From Piromyces finnis finn (Eukaryota > Fungi > Neocallimastigomycota), in contig MCFH01000013.1 in assembly GCA_002104945.1 (NCBI GenBank), positions 496,001 through 560,000 on the forward strand: 64,000 nt of DNA. The letters are read 5' to 3'. The notes under the pieces are model-generated. The model searched no databases, was not told the origin of the DNA, and was given only the letters and a program-made list of their open reading frames with translations. Numbering within the stretch: position 1 is the stretch's first letter; each line of letters opens with the position of its first letter. The translations under genes were made by a program, and so were the position numbers. Shown here piece by piece: positions 13,713-34,579 of this stretch.

Positions 13713-14872
13713 CTTATAAACATTTTTGAATTTTTAATATTTGATTGAATAATTTTTTACAAAAAAGCGTGATTTTACTTTCTACATAAAAATATTCAAT
13801 CAAAGTATAAATATATGAAATACTTACATAGATATATAAACATCAGATAGATTTATGTATTATTTCAAATGATTTCTTTTTTTTTTTTTAATTTTTGGTA
13901 ATGAATATATTTTTTTTAAATAAATGTAAACAGAAAATATATTAAAATAATTTTAAAACTTTTTAAAATATGGACAACCTCTATATTTTACATTTTATAA
14001 TTAAAACATAATATTATTAGCTAACTTTCATATTCTACATATTCTATTATTTTATTAAATAATTTTAAGATTACATAAATACTAATTATGAACTTAATCT
14101 TTCCTTAATATTAATTTTTTTTTTTTAAAAAAACAACTTAAATATACATATTTTTGTCGGTTTTTATTATTCAATTATTTTTAAATTATTATTATTGTTA
14201 ATAATTTTTATTTTAATTAATTTATTATTTACATAGCTTTATGATGAAAATATAATAATAATAATATTATTATTATAAATATTATTAATTTATAAAATAA
14301 TATATTTTTTGATTATTATTATTATTGATTATAACGATGATTAATTGAGCTTTTTTCTTTCTTTCTTTCTTTTTTTTTTTTATTTAATTGTTGTTAATCA
14401 ACTTACTCCTATATTACTATTATTTTATGCGTTTAATTTCGCAAAGAATATTACCAAATAATTAAGATTTATTAGCTTTTGCAATAATGCTTGTGAAAAT
14501 TATTATTTTTTTTTCTTTTCCTTTTTTTTCATTCTCTCTTATTTTTCTTCTTTAATATGCAATTTATGTTAAAAATTCATATATGTATTTATTATATTAT
14601 ACAACTTTTTAAAAAATCATTACTAAATTGTCCCAGTTGATAAGAAACAATAATAATATAACACTTATTAAGTAAAAATATAAAGAAAAATGGAATTAAA
14701 AGAAAAAAATAAAATAATTGACTATTATTATTTAACTTAAAAAAAATAAAAAAATAGTAAAATTTCAAAAAAAAAAAAAGTAAAATTGAAAAACTTTAAA
14801 ATAAAAAAAAACTACAGAAATAATTGTATGTATTAATAATGTTATCATTATATATATTTTAAAAAAAAGCAA

Positions 14873-16237
14873 TTAATGAGTTTTTGCATTCATATTATTC
14901 ATTGTACTCATGGTTGTCATATTTGACATGGCACTCATATTATTCATATTGTTCATTGTATTCATTGTATTCATTGTATTCATAGCATTCATAGCATTCA
15001 TATTAGCAGGATATTGGTTAAAACCTGCTTGAGTAGCTTGCATATATTGATTAGCATTTTGTGTTGTAAAAGCTTGTTGATTTTGATTTTGGAATTGTTG
15101 AGGATAGAAATATTGACCATTTGGTGCAAATTGATTATTAAATTGTTGGTTAAATCCTTGTCTGAAATTTCCATTATTGAAATTTCCTTGTTGTTGCCAG
15201 TAACCTCCTTTAGTATTTTTTTAAAATTGAAACATATTAATTATAAAATAAAAATTAATAATCGTTTTAGATTATTAATATATTTAAATTTTCTATTCAA
15301 ATATTTACCTCTGAATTGGTTATTGAATTGATTCATATTGCTATTTATAAATATTAAATTAGATTTATAATAATAATGAAGTAAATATTTAAATTCTAAT
15401 AATGATAAATAATAAACAATAAGTTTCATATTATATTTTTACTTTGAACGTCCAGCTCTTGGATCTCCTTTAACTGGGCCACCATTTGGACCTGTAACAC
15501 TTGTAGCCTTTTAATTATTTGTTTTAAAAATAAAAATACGTTTATTACTTGATTTTTAGTGTGATAAATATATACATAAATTACATACTTGGAGACCCTT
15601 TGGACCTTGAACTATTTTATATTTTTTTAAAAAAATATTAATATTAATAATTTTTCGTAATATTATATATTATATAATTTATATATTTTTTATTATTCAT
15701 ACCAAGATCGAATTCAACTTCTTCACCTTCAGCTAAACTTCTAAAACCTCCATTGTTGTAAATAGAAGTATGATGAACAAAAACTATTTTTAAAATAAAA
15801 TTTATATAATTATTATCATTGTATATAATAAAATATTATTTTTAAAATTGAAATAATAATTAAATTTTTCAATAATATGATATTTAATATATTCTATAAT
15901 ATATTGTATAATATAATAATTTAATCTTTATTAATTATAAATTAAATTCTTATTTTTTTTTTTTTTTTGCTATTTCTGTTTTTAATTAAAAAGGGGTATT
16001 TTTTTAAATTATATCTATTTTTTTTTTTCAATTTATTCTTACTTTCAGCTTGAGCTCCTCCTTCAACTGGTTCATTTGGAATAATAAAACTATTCAATTT
16101 ACATACCATCAGTATTATCATTCTTTTGAAAATTTATATTATTTTTATTGATTTTTTGAAATTTATAATTACCCAAATCCTTTTTGACTGTTAAAGAATT
16201 TAACGTGTCCTGTTTTTCTGTTGTTTGGAGATGACAT
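14873..16237 (-). CDS. Cold-shock-domain RNA-binding protein with N/Q/M-rich C-terminal tail, 7 exons
   Basis: Spliced: MSSPNNRKTGHVKFFNSQKGFG|FIIPN...|IFVHHTSIYNNGGFRSLAEGEEVEFDL|VQGPKGLQ|ATSVTGPNGGPVKGDPRAGRS... has the RNP1 (KGFGFI) and RNP2 (FVH) motifs. The tail ends ...MNAMNAMNTMNTMNTMNNMNNM...NAKTH*. Confidence 0.92.
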
Positions 16238-18295
16238 TTTATATATATTTATTGATAATTGAATAAAAGTATTTATAATTTAAAATTAACTATAATAATA
16301 AATATAATATTAAAAATAAGAGTTAATATAATAATTATTTCAAATATAATTATTAAATATTTCTTTTTTCAAAAATTTATTAATTCAATCTAAAACTTTT
16401 ATTTGTCACATTTTCATTACTATATTATATATAAAGCATATAAATATAAGAATATGTGTAAACTTTATATATATATATATTATTATTATTACTATTATTA
16501 TTATTATGACTTTTTTTTTTATCAAGTCATGAATACAATTGTTATTTTTTTATATAACATTTTTCAATTATTTAATTCTTAATTTCCCATTATTACTGAT
16601 ATTTCTTATTCCCTTTATATTATTTCTTATTCTTATATATTGTCTTTAGTACTTTTAAAATAACGTTTATTGCGTTTATTTTCCTTTAATTACTTAATTT
16701 TTTAAAAAGAAAAAATATATATATTTCTTTTTCTTCCTTTTTTTTTTTTTTTTTTCTTGAATATACTTCGTGTATAAAAATATTTCCTTATTATTTTAAA
16801 AATATATATTAAAAGAATTATTACTTTTTGTTATTAACTATCTTATTTTTAATGTTAATATATTTTTTGTTAGAGTTTTTATTATATATAAGTTTTTTTT
16901 TTTTCTTTTGAATATATAATAAGTTTTATTTTTTTTCCCTATATGTTAAAATAACTAATTAAAAATATTTTATTTTATTTTATTTTATTCAAATTTTTTT
17001 TTTTTTTTTTTTTTTGAAATTAAAAGCGAATGTATTTATAATATACTTATATAATTAATTTTAATTTTAATTAATTTTTAAATATCAATAAATAATTTAA
17101 TTTTTTTAAAAAAAAATGTATATTATCAATTTTATTAATTTATATATTAACCAAATATATGCTAAACATTATTTTATATTATTTTTAAACATAACAACAA
17201 ATGAAGTTTCTAAACATAAAATCAATAAATAATATAATTAACTTAAATATTTTAAAAATGTACTCCAATATAAACATCTTCACTTTCTTTTTCATATTGA
17301 TTTATTCTCTATTAAAGATAACTGTTGTTCATGTTCATAATATTGCTTATTTAAATTCTAAAAGAAATATAGATTTATTGTAAATATTAAAAGGGATAAA
17401 AATAAGATAATTATAATTAGTCATTATTTTTTTTAAAAATTTTAAAAAATATAATATTCAGGATGTGAAATAGTATATTACTACTTTATAGTTAAATAGT
17501 AATAATAATAATAATATGTGAAATGTTACTTTAATTAACGTTAAAATTAAAATTGAATTTAATTCAATAAAATAACAAAATTCTTATCTTTTTTTTTTTT
17601 AATATCTTAATAATTTTATTTTAAAGTTTATGATTATACAATACACAAAATATTATTTTAAAAAGTTTTTAAAACTGATATTGTTTATAGATTATAATAA
17701 TTTAATTTTTATTAAATAAAAAAGTGAAAATATAACTATAATAAAACTAATTAGAATAAGGTTTCTTTCTATTATAATAAAAAGGATGAATATAAAATAC
17801 ATATTAATGATAGCAATGGTTGTGTAAAAAAAAAGTTTTAATTATAACTTAATTTTTTAATTAAAAAATTAGTATTAATAAATCAAAATTAATTTATATT
17901 TATTTGTAATTTAATCAGGAAAATTAAATTAAAATACCAAAACAGTAAATATCAAGATTATAATTTTTAAAAACAGACCCTCCTTTTCATCAATATTAAT
18001 AATATTTAAAATAGAATAAAAAAAACATAGATAGAAATATGTAGACGTGTCTACTAAACCCAAAATAGAGTAAAATAATTTTATTGCTAGTTATTTATTA
18101 TATAAAAATATAAAAATATTTATTATTTTTCTAATTTTAATTAAATTTGAATTAATAATAATATAATCTTATTAATCATTATATTTCGAATAATAGGATC
18201 AAATATCATTATTCTTACTATTTATTCTAACTTTAAAAGAATAAAATTTAATATAACAATAAATGTTTTAAATATTATTACAAATTATTACTATA

Positions 18296-18619
<324 letters not shown>

Positions 18620-19221
18620 TCACCAGTACTATTATTGTATCTATTCTTACTATTCTTACCTATTGCTATTGTTTTTATTATTTATTTTTGATATTATCAA
18701 ATGTGGATTAATTAAATATTTTTTAAGGTAATGATTTAATTAAAAAAAATTAATTAATATATCTAATTAAATTAAATTTAACATATAAAATGATTAAATT
18801 ATTAATTTTTGTGTAAGGCTTTACATACAAAATGTATAATAATAAGCCTTAATCCTATTAACCAAGTGTAGTATTAGAAAATAGTAATATTTTTATCTTT
18901 TTTTTATTTATTAGTAAGATTTATTAGAAAAAATATATTCATAATTTAACTTCTATATTAATGCTAAATTTACATATAAAAAGGAATATTTGTTTTCATT
19001 ATTAATAAAATAATAATAATTTAATATATATAAGTGTATAATAAATTAATAAATATTTGAAAATGAAATATGAAATAAAAGAATAGGTTACATAAAGTGA
19101 AAATATAAAAACTTTAGATTTTGAAAAATTAAAAAAAAAAAAAAAAAAAAAAAGAATAGAATAGAAAGAGATAAATATTTTTGCTTAATTACTATTATCA
19201 TACTATTTGTTATTATTACAT

Positions 19222-19260
<39 letters not shown>

Positions 19261-19330
19261 AAAGGAAAGGAGGAAAGAAAAAAAATTAAAAAAAATAATA
19301 ATAAGTTTTAAAATATTATTTATGAATCAT

Positions 19331-20712
19331 TTACGTATTTCTTGTATATGTTGTATCTACTGATTGACATCTTCGATTACGATATGTTGATCCTAGACTA
19401 TCTAAACTTTCACTAGATTCTAAACCAAATCTTTTAATTTGGTTTATTTGGGATAGTATATACTTTTCTGGAATATCTGAATGACCTTCTTTTGATCGTG
19501 ATCTATTGAAATCAATAATATGTGAGTTATTATCACTATTTAATGCTATATAGCTAGATGACACACGAGATATATTTAATAAAGGTACTCCTTTTGGATA
19601 ATGATCACTTTGTACTGATAATGACCTTTGATAATCATTTCTTAATGATATCTTTGAAAGAACAGTTTCAGGAATAATTAATGTACCTATATCACCATTA
19701 ATATTTATTGATTTATTTTTTTATATAAAATATATTAGCATTAAAATATTTAAGACATATATATATATATTTAATTTTATTATTAAATATTAATAATAAT
19801 AGTAATACTAAAAATACATAAATAAATAAATAATTAATTTACCTGCAGCAATACTAAGTCTACGTCCAGAATTTGATTCATTTGTATTAATTGGCTTAAT
19901 ATCATCATTACTAGTTAGTGGTGATAATTCAGAATAAGAATCATTACTATCTAAAGCATTAATTATAGATTCAGAATTATCGTTCTTTGATGATAAAGTA
20001 ACTAAGTTATTCCACTTTTCGCGATTAATTCGCAAAAGTTTTACAAAAAGTTCAAAAGTAGGGATTAATTCATATATAACTTCAAAAAATGGTGTAGTAA
20101 TAAAATCATTAAAAGCTATACTGATGCCATTACGTTCAAAACGATCTCTATCCATATTTGGTGATACTGTTAAATTTAATCTTTTTTCCTCATCCCCTTG
20201 TCTCCAGAATTCTTCTACGACTCTATTACTCCATTCTTCACAAATATACCATCTATTTATTTTTGAAATATTATATATATAAGAATTATTTCATTCAATG
20301 TTAAATTATAATATATATATATTGATATAATTTTTTATTTTTTTTTTATTTTGTTTAAAAAAATTAATATTTAAACTATTGAATAAAATTATATTTACGG
20401 TCTTGCAGGATTACTTATATCAGCTGCATGTAATAAACCATTCAATATAGTTCGACGCTGCTTTTCAGATAATAGTTGATACTGTTTACGTTCTAAAATA
20501 CGAATACTTAAATTTAATTGATAAAGTTCTGTATCACTCAACCTACTTGAATTCGATGATTCCTCATATATAATATCATCATAAGATTGTTGCTGATTTT
20601 GAACTATATAATTATCAAAATTGGAATAGCCTGATAATGATTCTTGACAATAATCAAATGCCTCATCCTTCCTTCTATCATTATTGAGCTATTATAATAT
20701 TTAATTGAGAAC

Positions 20713-20754
<42 letters not shown>

Positions 20755-22325
20755 ATTTTCATTAAATAAATTGCATTAATAATTATCAGCAGAATTGATT
20801 TATTATTATTATGGATGTTATTAAAAATTATTGATATATATATAAATAAAAAAAAAAAAATTAATAATTACAATAAAATCTAAAATCTATAAATTTTAAT
20901 ATTCAATATATAAAATACCATTATTTCATTATTTTGATTTGAATTTTCCTTAAACTCTGTACTATTGATTGCTATTTGAGATTTATTAAACGTTGATTCA
21001 TCCATTTTTATAAATTCTTCATCACAATAAACCAATTGAGATGATAAATCTATATTAGTACCTTTTATTGATGATAATGATGTCAGGGTATTAGTATTTA
21101 AATTACCACTATTATTTAATGATTCATTATTTTCAATATCATTTTCCATTGTGAAAAAACATTCACTACATGGATTAAGAGTAATAGAAATATTTGTTAA
21201 TTCATCTTGAAGTTGAAAATGCGTACTCATATCAGTACTTAATATTACTTCAACTATAAGATCACAAAAATATTGTTTTATTTTTTCTTGTTTTATTTTA
21301 ATGACTTCTTCTGCTGTTTTATTATTATCTTTAACTTCTTTATCTAATAAACTAAATTCAGTACTAATGGTATTAGGAATTATAATATCTTTTGATATAT
21401 GATCAAATCTATGACTATTATATTGGTTTTCCTTATTTTCTTTTTTAGAAGTTTCTGACTTTGCACCCTGATCATCAACAGGTGCTATTGTAATGTTAGA
21501 AGAAGCATTAGGTAAGGAAACTTCGACATCATCCTTATTTTCAATACTTAAATCTGGAGTGATATTTAAATATTTGATAATATTTGATTTTTCAATAAGA
21601 TCTACTAAGCAATCAGCAGAATATTGTTCTAAAACAGATTTACCATTATATTTAATAGCTATATCTGATTTAGTATTTATTTGAAATAAATTGTTATATC
21701 CTGGATGGTGCATATCATGTCCTAAAGCAGCAATAAACATTGCTATGACTTCTAAACGTGAATATTTTAAGTACATATTTGAACGAAGTTCAGTAAACAT
21801 ATAAAAAGTCATAAAACAAACATCTGTTGCATGTTGAAATGTATGATATGGAACATCATTATATGTTGATCTAATATCTGCAATAAACTTTAAGATATGA
21901 ACTAATGAAGTCTCATCTTTTATTGCATCATACTTATTAAGCATTCCAAGAATAATACCAAAAAGCTCTATAAAAAATAAGAATAAGAATAAATAATTTT
22001 TTTAACATTATTGACTAAAATTAAATGAATAAATAATAACTCAACTAAATAATACACATACCTGATTCACTCCATTTAAAAGCATCAAAATCAATACCAG
22101 TATCTTCAAGTTGATTTTCACTAAATTTTATCATTACCTAAATTATATTATTTATTATATAATTTAATATTATGAAATGTAGATATAATAAATTGAGTTT
22201 ATTATATAATAATATTGTAAATAAATACATACATCTTTGATAATATTTAAATCATATATTGAACCAACTTCGGATTTATAATATTCCTCTCCAAAAAAAT
22301 GACTATATAAATCTTCTATTTCCAT
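19331..22325 (-). CDS. Class I 3',5'-cyclic-nucleotide phosphodiesterase (PDEase_I), multi-exon
   Basis: Catalytic motifs NDVPYHTFQHATDV, ALGHDMHHPGYNNLFQ, SVLEQY, ILSTDMSTHF, LLHAADISNPARP, EEFWRQGDEER and FNDFITTPFF are joined by in-frame GT-AG introns. Confidence 0.93.
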
Positions 22326-23176
22326 TTTATAATATTAATAGTATAAAGAAACAAACTGATATATTTTAAACTGGAAAAAAAAAAAGAAAAAAGAAAAAAA
22401 AGAAAAAACACTGTATACTCCTTTTCTTGTTATTTGTTTATAAATATATTTTTTAATTTTCTTTTTATTATTATAGTTGTTGTCGTTATTCAAACATATA
22501 TGATTATTTATTAATTCTAAAACAGTACTACTACTTTAAAATATTATTTAATTTAATGTGAATAAATAATAATAAATGAGAGTATATTATTACTTATTGT
22601 TAATATTTAATACTGTTGCTATTTATGGTTTTAAAGAATTGTACTTGTTTTATTTATAAAATCAATAATACAAAATCTATAGAATATTTATGTATAATAT
22701 AGTTAATATCTTCATTATTTAATATAATTTAAAAAAAAAACATTTCTGATGAAACAATAATATAAATATAATTTAATATAATATTGTATTTTATTCTCTC
22801 TCTAAATATACATATATAAAATAAAAATTATTACCTTTAATATCTATTTTTTCTTAAAATATTCCAAAATCAGAATTATAACCATAATATGTTAATACAT
22901 AAAAGAATATGATATATTATTTTACATTATAAAATTAGTTATTAATTGATATAAAGTATATATATAAATAGAAGTTTTAGATATAACAACTTTTAATATT
23001 TTTCTCTTAAATTGTATAAACATTATAATATTTTCAAATGAATAGTGTATACACTAATTAAATTTTCTTATATAATATTTCTTTCCGATAAAATCTTTAC
23101 AATTATTATTTTGCATTTCAATTTCCCTTATCGTTTTTGTTTTTGTTTTTGTTTTTGTTTTCCTATACTGAAATTC

Positions 23177-23207
<31 letters not shown>

Positions 23208-24942
23208 TTCAAAGTTTAAGTTTACGGAATTTAAGTATAAATATAATTGTAATTGTTCTACATAAAGTATTGACGAAATAAAAATGGTGTAGAGTAGAAA
23301 AAAAAAAATAATAATTCTGAAATTTTTCTTCTTTATTAAATTATTTATTGCTATTTAAGTTCCTTTGTTTAGAATATCCTTTTCAATTTATTTTATTTTA
23401 TTTTATTTTTTTTATTTCATTTTATTTCATTTTATTTTATTTATTTTTTTATGAAATTTTTAAAAATTTATAATGGATAGTTATATTTTTGCATTTAAAT
23501 TTTATACTCTATATAGCTTTTATTTACACTTATATATTTGAAAAAGAATTTATCACAATATTGTTATAATAATAATAATAATAATAATAAATAGTTTTTC
23601 TATTTTCATTTACCATATAAAAAAATATTGTTATAATATTTCATTCATATAATATTAAATGTTTATTTATAAATATATAAATAATAAACAATAACTTCTT
23701 TATATTATTTTAACAATTTTGAATAATATATTTTTCTTTTCTTATATTTTCTTATTTCTAAAGAAGTTATTTTTGGTAATTATGTTTTATGCCTTCTTCA
23801 TAATTTGATGTTTACATTCATTGATTTCAATTAGTAATATATAATAATAATAATAAATATATTCCTGAAGAAAATTATTAAAACATTGAAAGAGTAAATA
23901 TTATAAAAATTAAAAATTAAAAAAAAAAAATAAATAAATAAATAAATAGTATTAAACTTTTGTGTATTATATTTAATATATTATGTACGTATGTACATTT
24001 TAATATAATTTATTATTAAATAGTTTAGGATATCAATGCTTGAATTATTTATTATAAATAATTTAAATAAAAGTAATAGTGTAAAATTAGTAAATGATAA
24101 TTGTTCTTAAACTATAATTGCTAATTTAATAAGAATAAGTTAATACTAATGAATAAAATTAAATAACTAAAACTATAATAAAAATATTAATTTCTTTTTT
24201 TTTTTTTAATAAATTTAAAATTTAAAAATAAAATTAATATTTTTATTATAGTTTAGCACTTTTTTTAAAGATTATTATACTATTATTTAAAGTTTCAATA
24301 ATTATAAATAATAATCATAATTAGTTTCCAAATACTATTTTATATGACATATTTATAATGAATTTACTAATATAATTTTTTTAAATTTTTAAATATACAA
24401 ACACTATACAACTTTAATGTTTTTTCATTATATATGTATTTTCATTTACTATTATATTTCATTAGAATTTTCATATCTTAAAGTTTGAACTTGTTTTTAT
24501 TAATCATTATGAAATAACTTTCAATTTAAATAACTATAGAGAGGTAATATAAGAATAAAGAAATATTTATATATATATATATTTTAAATATAAAAAAAAA
24601 TAAAAATCAGTTTATAATACATATGAAATATTCCTATACTATAAATTTAACATAGTTGCAATACTATAATAATTATCAATTTTATTATAATAATCTAACC
24701 TTTTATATAATACCAAATTAAAATGCCGTAACCTTTATATAAATTAATTATTAAAAAGAATAATTTATTATAATAGATTTATGTAGTATTTTACATATAG
24801 ATTAATACATAATTATTTTGAAAAAAAAAGAGAAAAAAGAAAAAAGAAAAAGAAAAATAGTAAATTTATTATTTGATTATTATAATTTAATAAAAGTATA
24901 AATATTTATAATATTTAGTATAGTATAGTTATATTATATATA

Positions 24943-25197
24943 TCAATCTATTTTTTTGTTATTCTCCTTTTCATTTTCATCATTTACTATAATTACATCA
25001 TTAATAAATTTTTTTATATTTTGTTCTTGATTTGAATTTACTTTTTCTTTAATTCCTCCAGAAGCAGGGTCTGAAAAAGTTAACTTATTTTTAATAATAT
25101 TAACTTTTTCTTTCGGTATGTCTTGAAATAAGGAATCGAATAAATAAGGAGGAACTTGCTTAGCCAGAGATTTATAACAATCTGGATATTTAGATGA

Positions 25198-25277
<80 letters not shown>

Positions 25278-28200
25278 CATTATTATTATTTAATTTTTCA
25301 TCATTTTTAATTGATTCCATATATTTTGAGTAGTCTTTTTTTAGTTGGTTTTGTTCTATTTTTTTTTGTTTTCTATCTTTAATAACCTTTTCAGCTTCTA
25401 ATGTCGTTGTTGGAGGATTTTTTAATATTTTTTGTGGATGGAATGCAGGAATTCTTTGTTGATTTGCTACATTGAAATTAGTTTCTATTTGTTCTAACAA
25501 TAAGATAGCGTTTTTATTTTCAGGATCAAGATTTAGTGCAACCCATAAATCTTCTGTTGCTTTGGCAAAGTCCTATATTATTTTTTTAACATATAATTTA
25601 TATTAATATTAATTGATAATTAAATAATCTATTATTTTATAATTCAATTTACATTCAAGTGCATATAACATTTTGCTCTTCCAATGTAGAAGTTAATATC
25701 AAATGAATAGTACGATATAGCCTATTAATTATTAATTTTTAATTTATTAATATCAATATTTAATGAGTTTTAAAATTAATAACTTGGTTAAATATACCTT
25801 GGTAAATTGTTTAACAGATTCTTCAAACCTTAATTCTTTATAATCATTATATGCATAACATGAAATGATAATACCACATATTCTAGTAATCTCTATCCAC
25901 TCCTGTTTTTCTTCATCTGTTAATATCTTCTTTTTTGAATATACATTAATTATTTTTTTATACTCGATAAATGCTCTGTCAATTTCATTTTTTGTTAAGT
26001 AACAATCTTTATAGAATTATATAATAAACTAATTATTAATAAAACAATTACTTATTGTTATAAGTCTATTATATATAATTTAATAATTTACCTCCAAGAT
26101 TTCTTAAAATGGTTGTATTTAATGGATTATATTCCAATCCATGTATTAATAATTCAATTGATTTAGTTATATTTCCAATTCTAATAATATACATTATATT
26201 GGTTATGTGTTATTTAATTGCTTTTACAAAATATAGATATGAATATTTTAAAAAATTTAAAAGTAAAATACCTAAATGAATTTGTAGCATATTGATTATA
26301 AATAGTAGACAAATGTTCTTGAATAATTAAATCTTTTTCCGTATCGTGTTTAATTTCATATAAAATATAATTAAAATCATTTATTGATTCATCAAACTTT
26401 TCAATATCACATAATAATAAACCTCTGTATTAATAAAATGTGATTTTAGCATTAATTATATTTTATTTTATATTTATTATAAATTTCTAAAATTATCAAT
26501 AAATACTTTTTAAATATATTTTATTATTTTTTTTATTCACAATACCTTTTAAAATATAGTAACCAATCTTCTGGGTCTAATTTGATTGCTAAATCTAAAA
26601 AGCTAATGGCTATATCAAAATGCTCTTTCTGAACCATTTCATCAGCTCTTATTTTATAATATGTTGTCATATTAATTATATATTTATTGAGCGGTTCCAA
26701 TTCTGGGTGATTTGGATTCAATGCTAATATTTTCAGTCTATCTTTATTTACTAATGAAACCTGCATAATTAATATACGGTATAATTATTAAATAAAATGT
26801 AATGAAATTAATAAAAATAATAAATTATTAACCTTACTTCATTATTCATTTGATAGAATTTTGCTCTAATAACATAATAATTTGCATTATCGTTTTCATT
26901 ATTAATGCATTCATTGATATAATAAAGAGCATTTTCTCTATCTTGTATTTCAATGTAAATACAAGTTCTACAATATTATATAATATATTTTATAATTAAT
27001 TTTTTTAGTATAAAGTTAATAATAAAAAATTAAAAATTAAATAATCAAAAATATAATACATACAAGATGAAATTAACATGAGGATAGTCTTTATTTATGT
27101 CTAAAATTTTATTAAAACAATTTAATGCTTGATCATAAATTCCATTATCAACATAAAGTTGACCACTGCAAAAGAGTGCTTTACACAATCTTTTGGATAC
27201 AAATTGACTATAGCAAAATGGCTCTGCTGTAATTGAATTTTTTTTTTTTATACCTAATTTATTTTCATTACTATATTGATTTTCAGATATAGCCTCTATT
27301 AGTTCCTTGCTTTGTTTTTTTTTATTATTATATTTTGTAACACTATTTCTTTTTTTAGTTACTGCTTTTTTTTCTTCATTAGTTATTTTTAATTCTTTAT
27401 TTTCATCTTTTTTTGAATATAAATGTGTTTTTACCTTCTTTTTTTTAATTTTTTTTTTGTTTTCAGTACTTTTAGATGGTTGAACAGGTTCATTAGTGTT
27501 ATTTTCAATGTTTTCATCATTTTTATTATTTTCTTTAATATTTTCAATATTTTCATTTCTTTCATTAATTATTTTTTCATTATTTATCATTTCATTATTA
27601 TTTAGACTATCATTGTCCGACATTTCTTCTTTTTTAATGTCAATAGTTTCATCTTTAATATCATCCTGATTTTCATTTATTGGTTTATTATTACTATCAT
27701 ATTTAATAATTAAAATATCTTTTTTATTTTTTATACTAGGACTTCTTTTCTTTACTCTTTTTATACTATTTTTTCTTTTAGATATTTTTTTCAATTTCAA
27801 TTTAGAATTTTGCTGCTCTTCTGTTTCTTCTTCTTCAGTTTTCTCTTCAAAATTAGTGATATTATTATAGATACTATTTAATTCTTCCAATTTTTCATTA
27901 TCTGTTTCTATTACATTATTATATTCATTTTTTTCATTGTCTTTTTGAGAAAATAATAATAATTCATTTTGTAATATTTTTTTATCTTTTTGAGATATTT
28001 CTTCTTTATTTAATTCTTCAACTTTTTCTTGTTCTTTAATGCTTTTAATCTTTTTTAAACATACCATGTAGTTTACTATAGCATTGTCTGCTTGTCCTAT
28101 TAACATATATGCCTCTGCCCTTTGAAAGAAAAAAGCTGGTTCTTTATTGTTTAAATAAATTGCTCTTGTATAATATGAGATTGCTCTATTAATTTGTTTG

Positions 28201-28357
28201 TTATTAAAGCAGTCATTTCCATAATTAAAGCTATTATATACATATATATAAAATTGTAAGTTATTATTTTTTAATATGAAAATTTTAATAATTCTTACTT
28301 TTCATAAGATTTGTCATAAATATTTTTTAATATAATATTTTTTCTTATTACTTCCAT
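24943..28357 (-). CDS. Tetratricopeptide-repeat protein, TTC16-like (cilium/flagellum-associated family)
   Basis: TPR exons: FNYGNDCFNNKQINRAISYYTRAIYLNNKEPAFFFQRAEAYM; INECINNENDNANYYVIRAKFY; ILALNPNHP; LDLAIKLDPEDWLLYFKRGLL; QEHLSTIYNQYA. The order of these motifs matches TTC16 as I recall it; not searched. Confidence 0.7.
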
Positions 28358-28643
28358 TTCTTATAATATTTTTATTGTAATAGTAGCTTTAAACATAATA
28401 TCGTATATTGTTCAAAGAAAAAAATACTATATATATATATTTTTTTAAAATAATATATATTAAAATTTTAATTTAATATATAAATTAAAAAAGTTATTTT
28501 TTTTTTTAAAACTATTATTTAAAATTTTTAAGATTTAAAACGATATTATAAAAACTATTTATTTTTAATTTTTTTTTACAATTAATTAATAATTAAGTAA
28601 AAATGCATATATAATAATTAAATTGATAATATTATTTACAAAA

Positions 28644-34349
<5,706 letters not shown>

Positions 34350-34579
34350 GGGTAAAATTTTTAAAGTTTAATTAAACTACTTTATCCTTTTAAAATATGT
34401 TTAATTATATTTGATATAAAAACTTAAATGTTAAGAAATATATATAAAATCCTTAATGTTTTTTTTAATATTTACAGTTTTAAATTCATTTCAAGAAGAT
34501 TACTTATCTTTATAATTATTTTTTTTTACAGTTGGATAATTAATTGCTTTAGTAAATGCAGTATATAAATACTCAGTAA

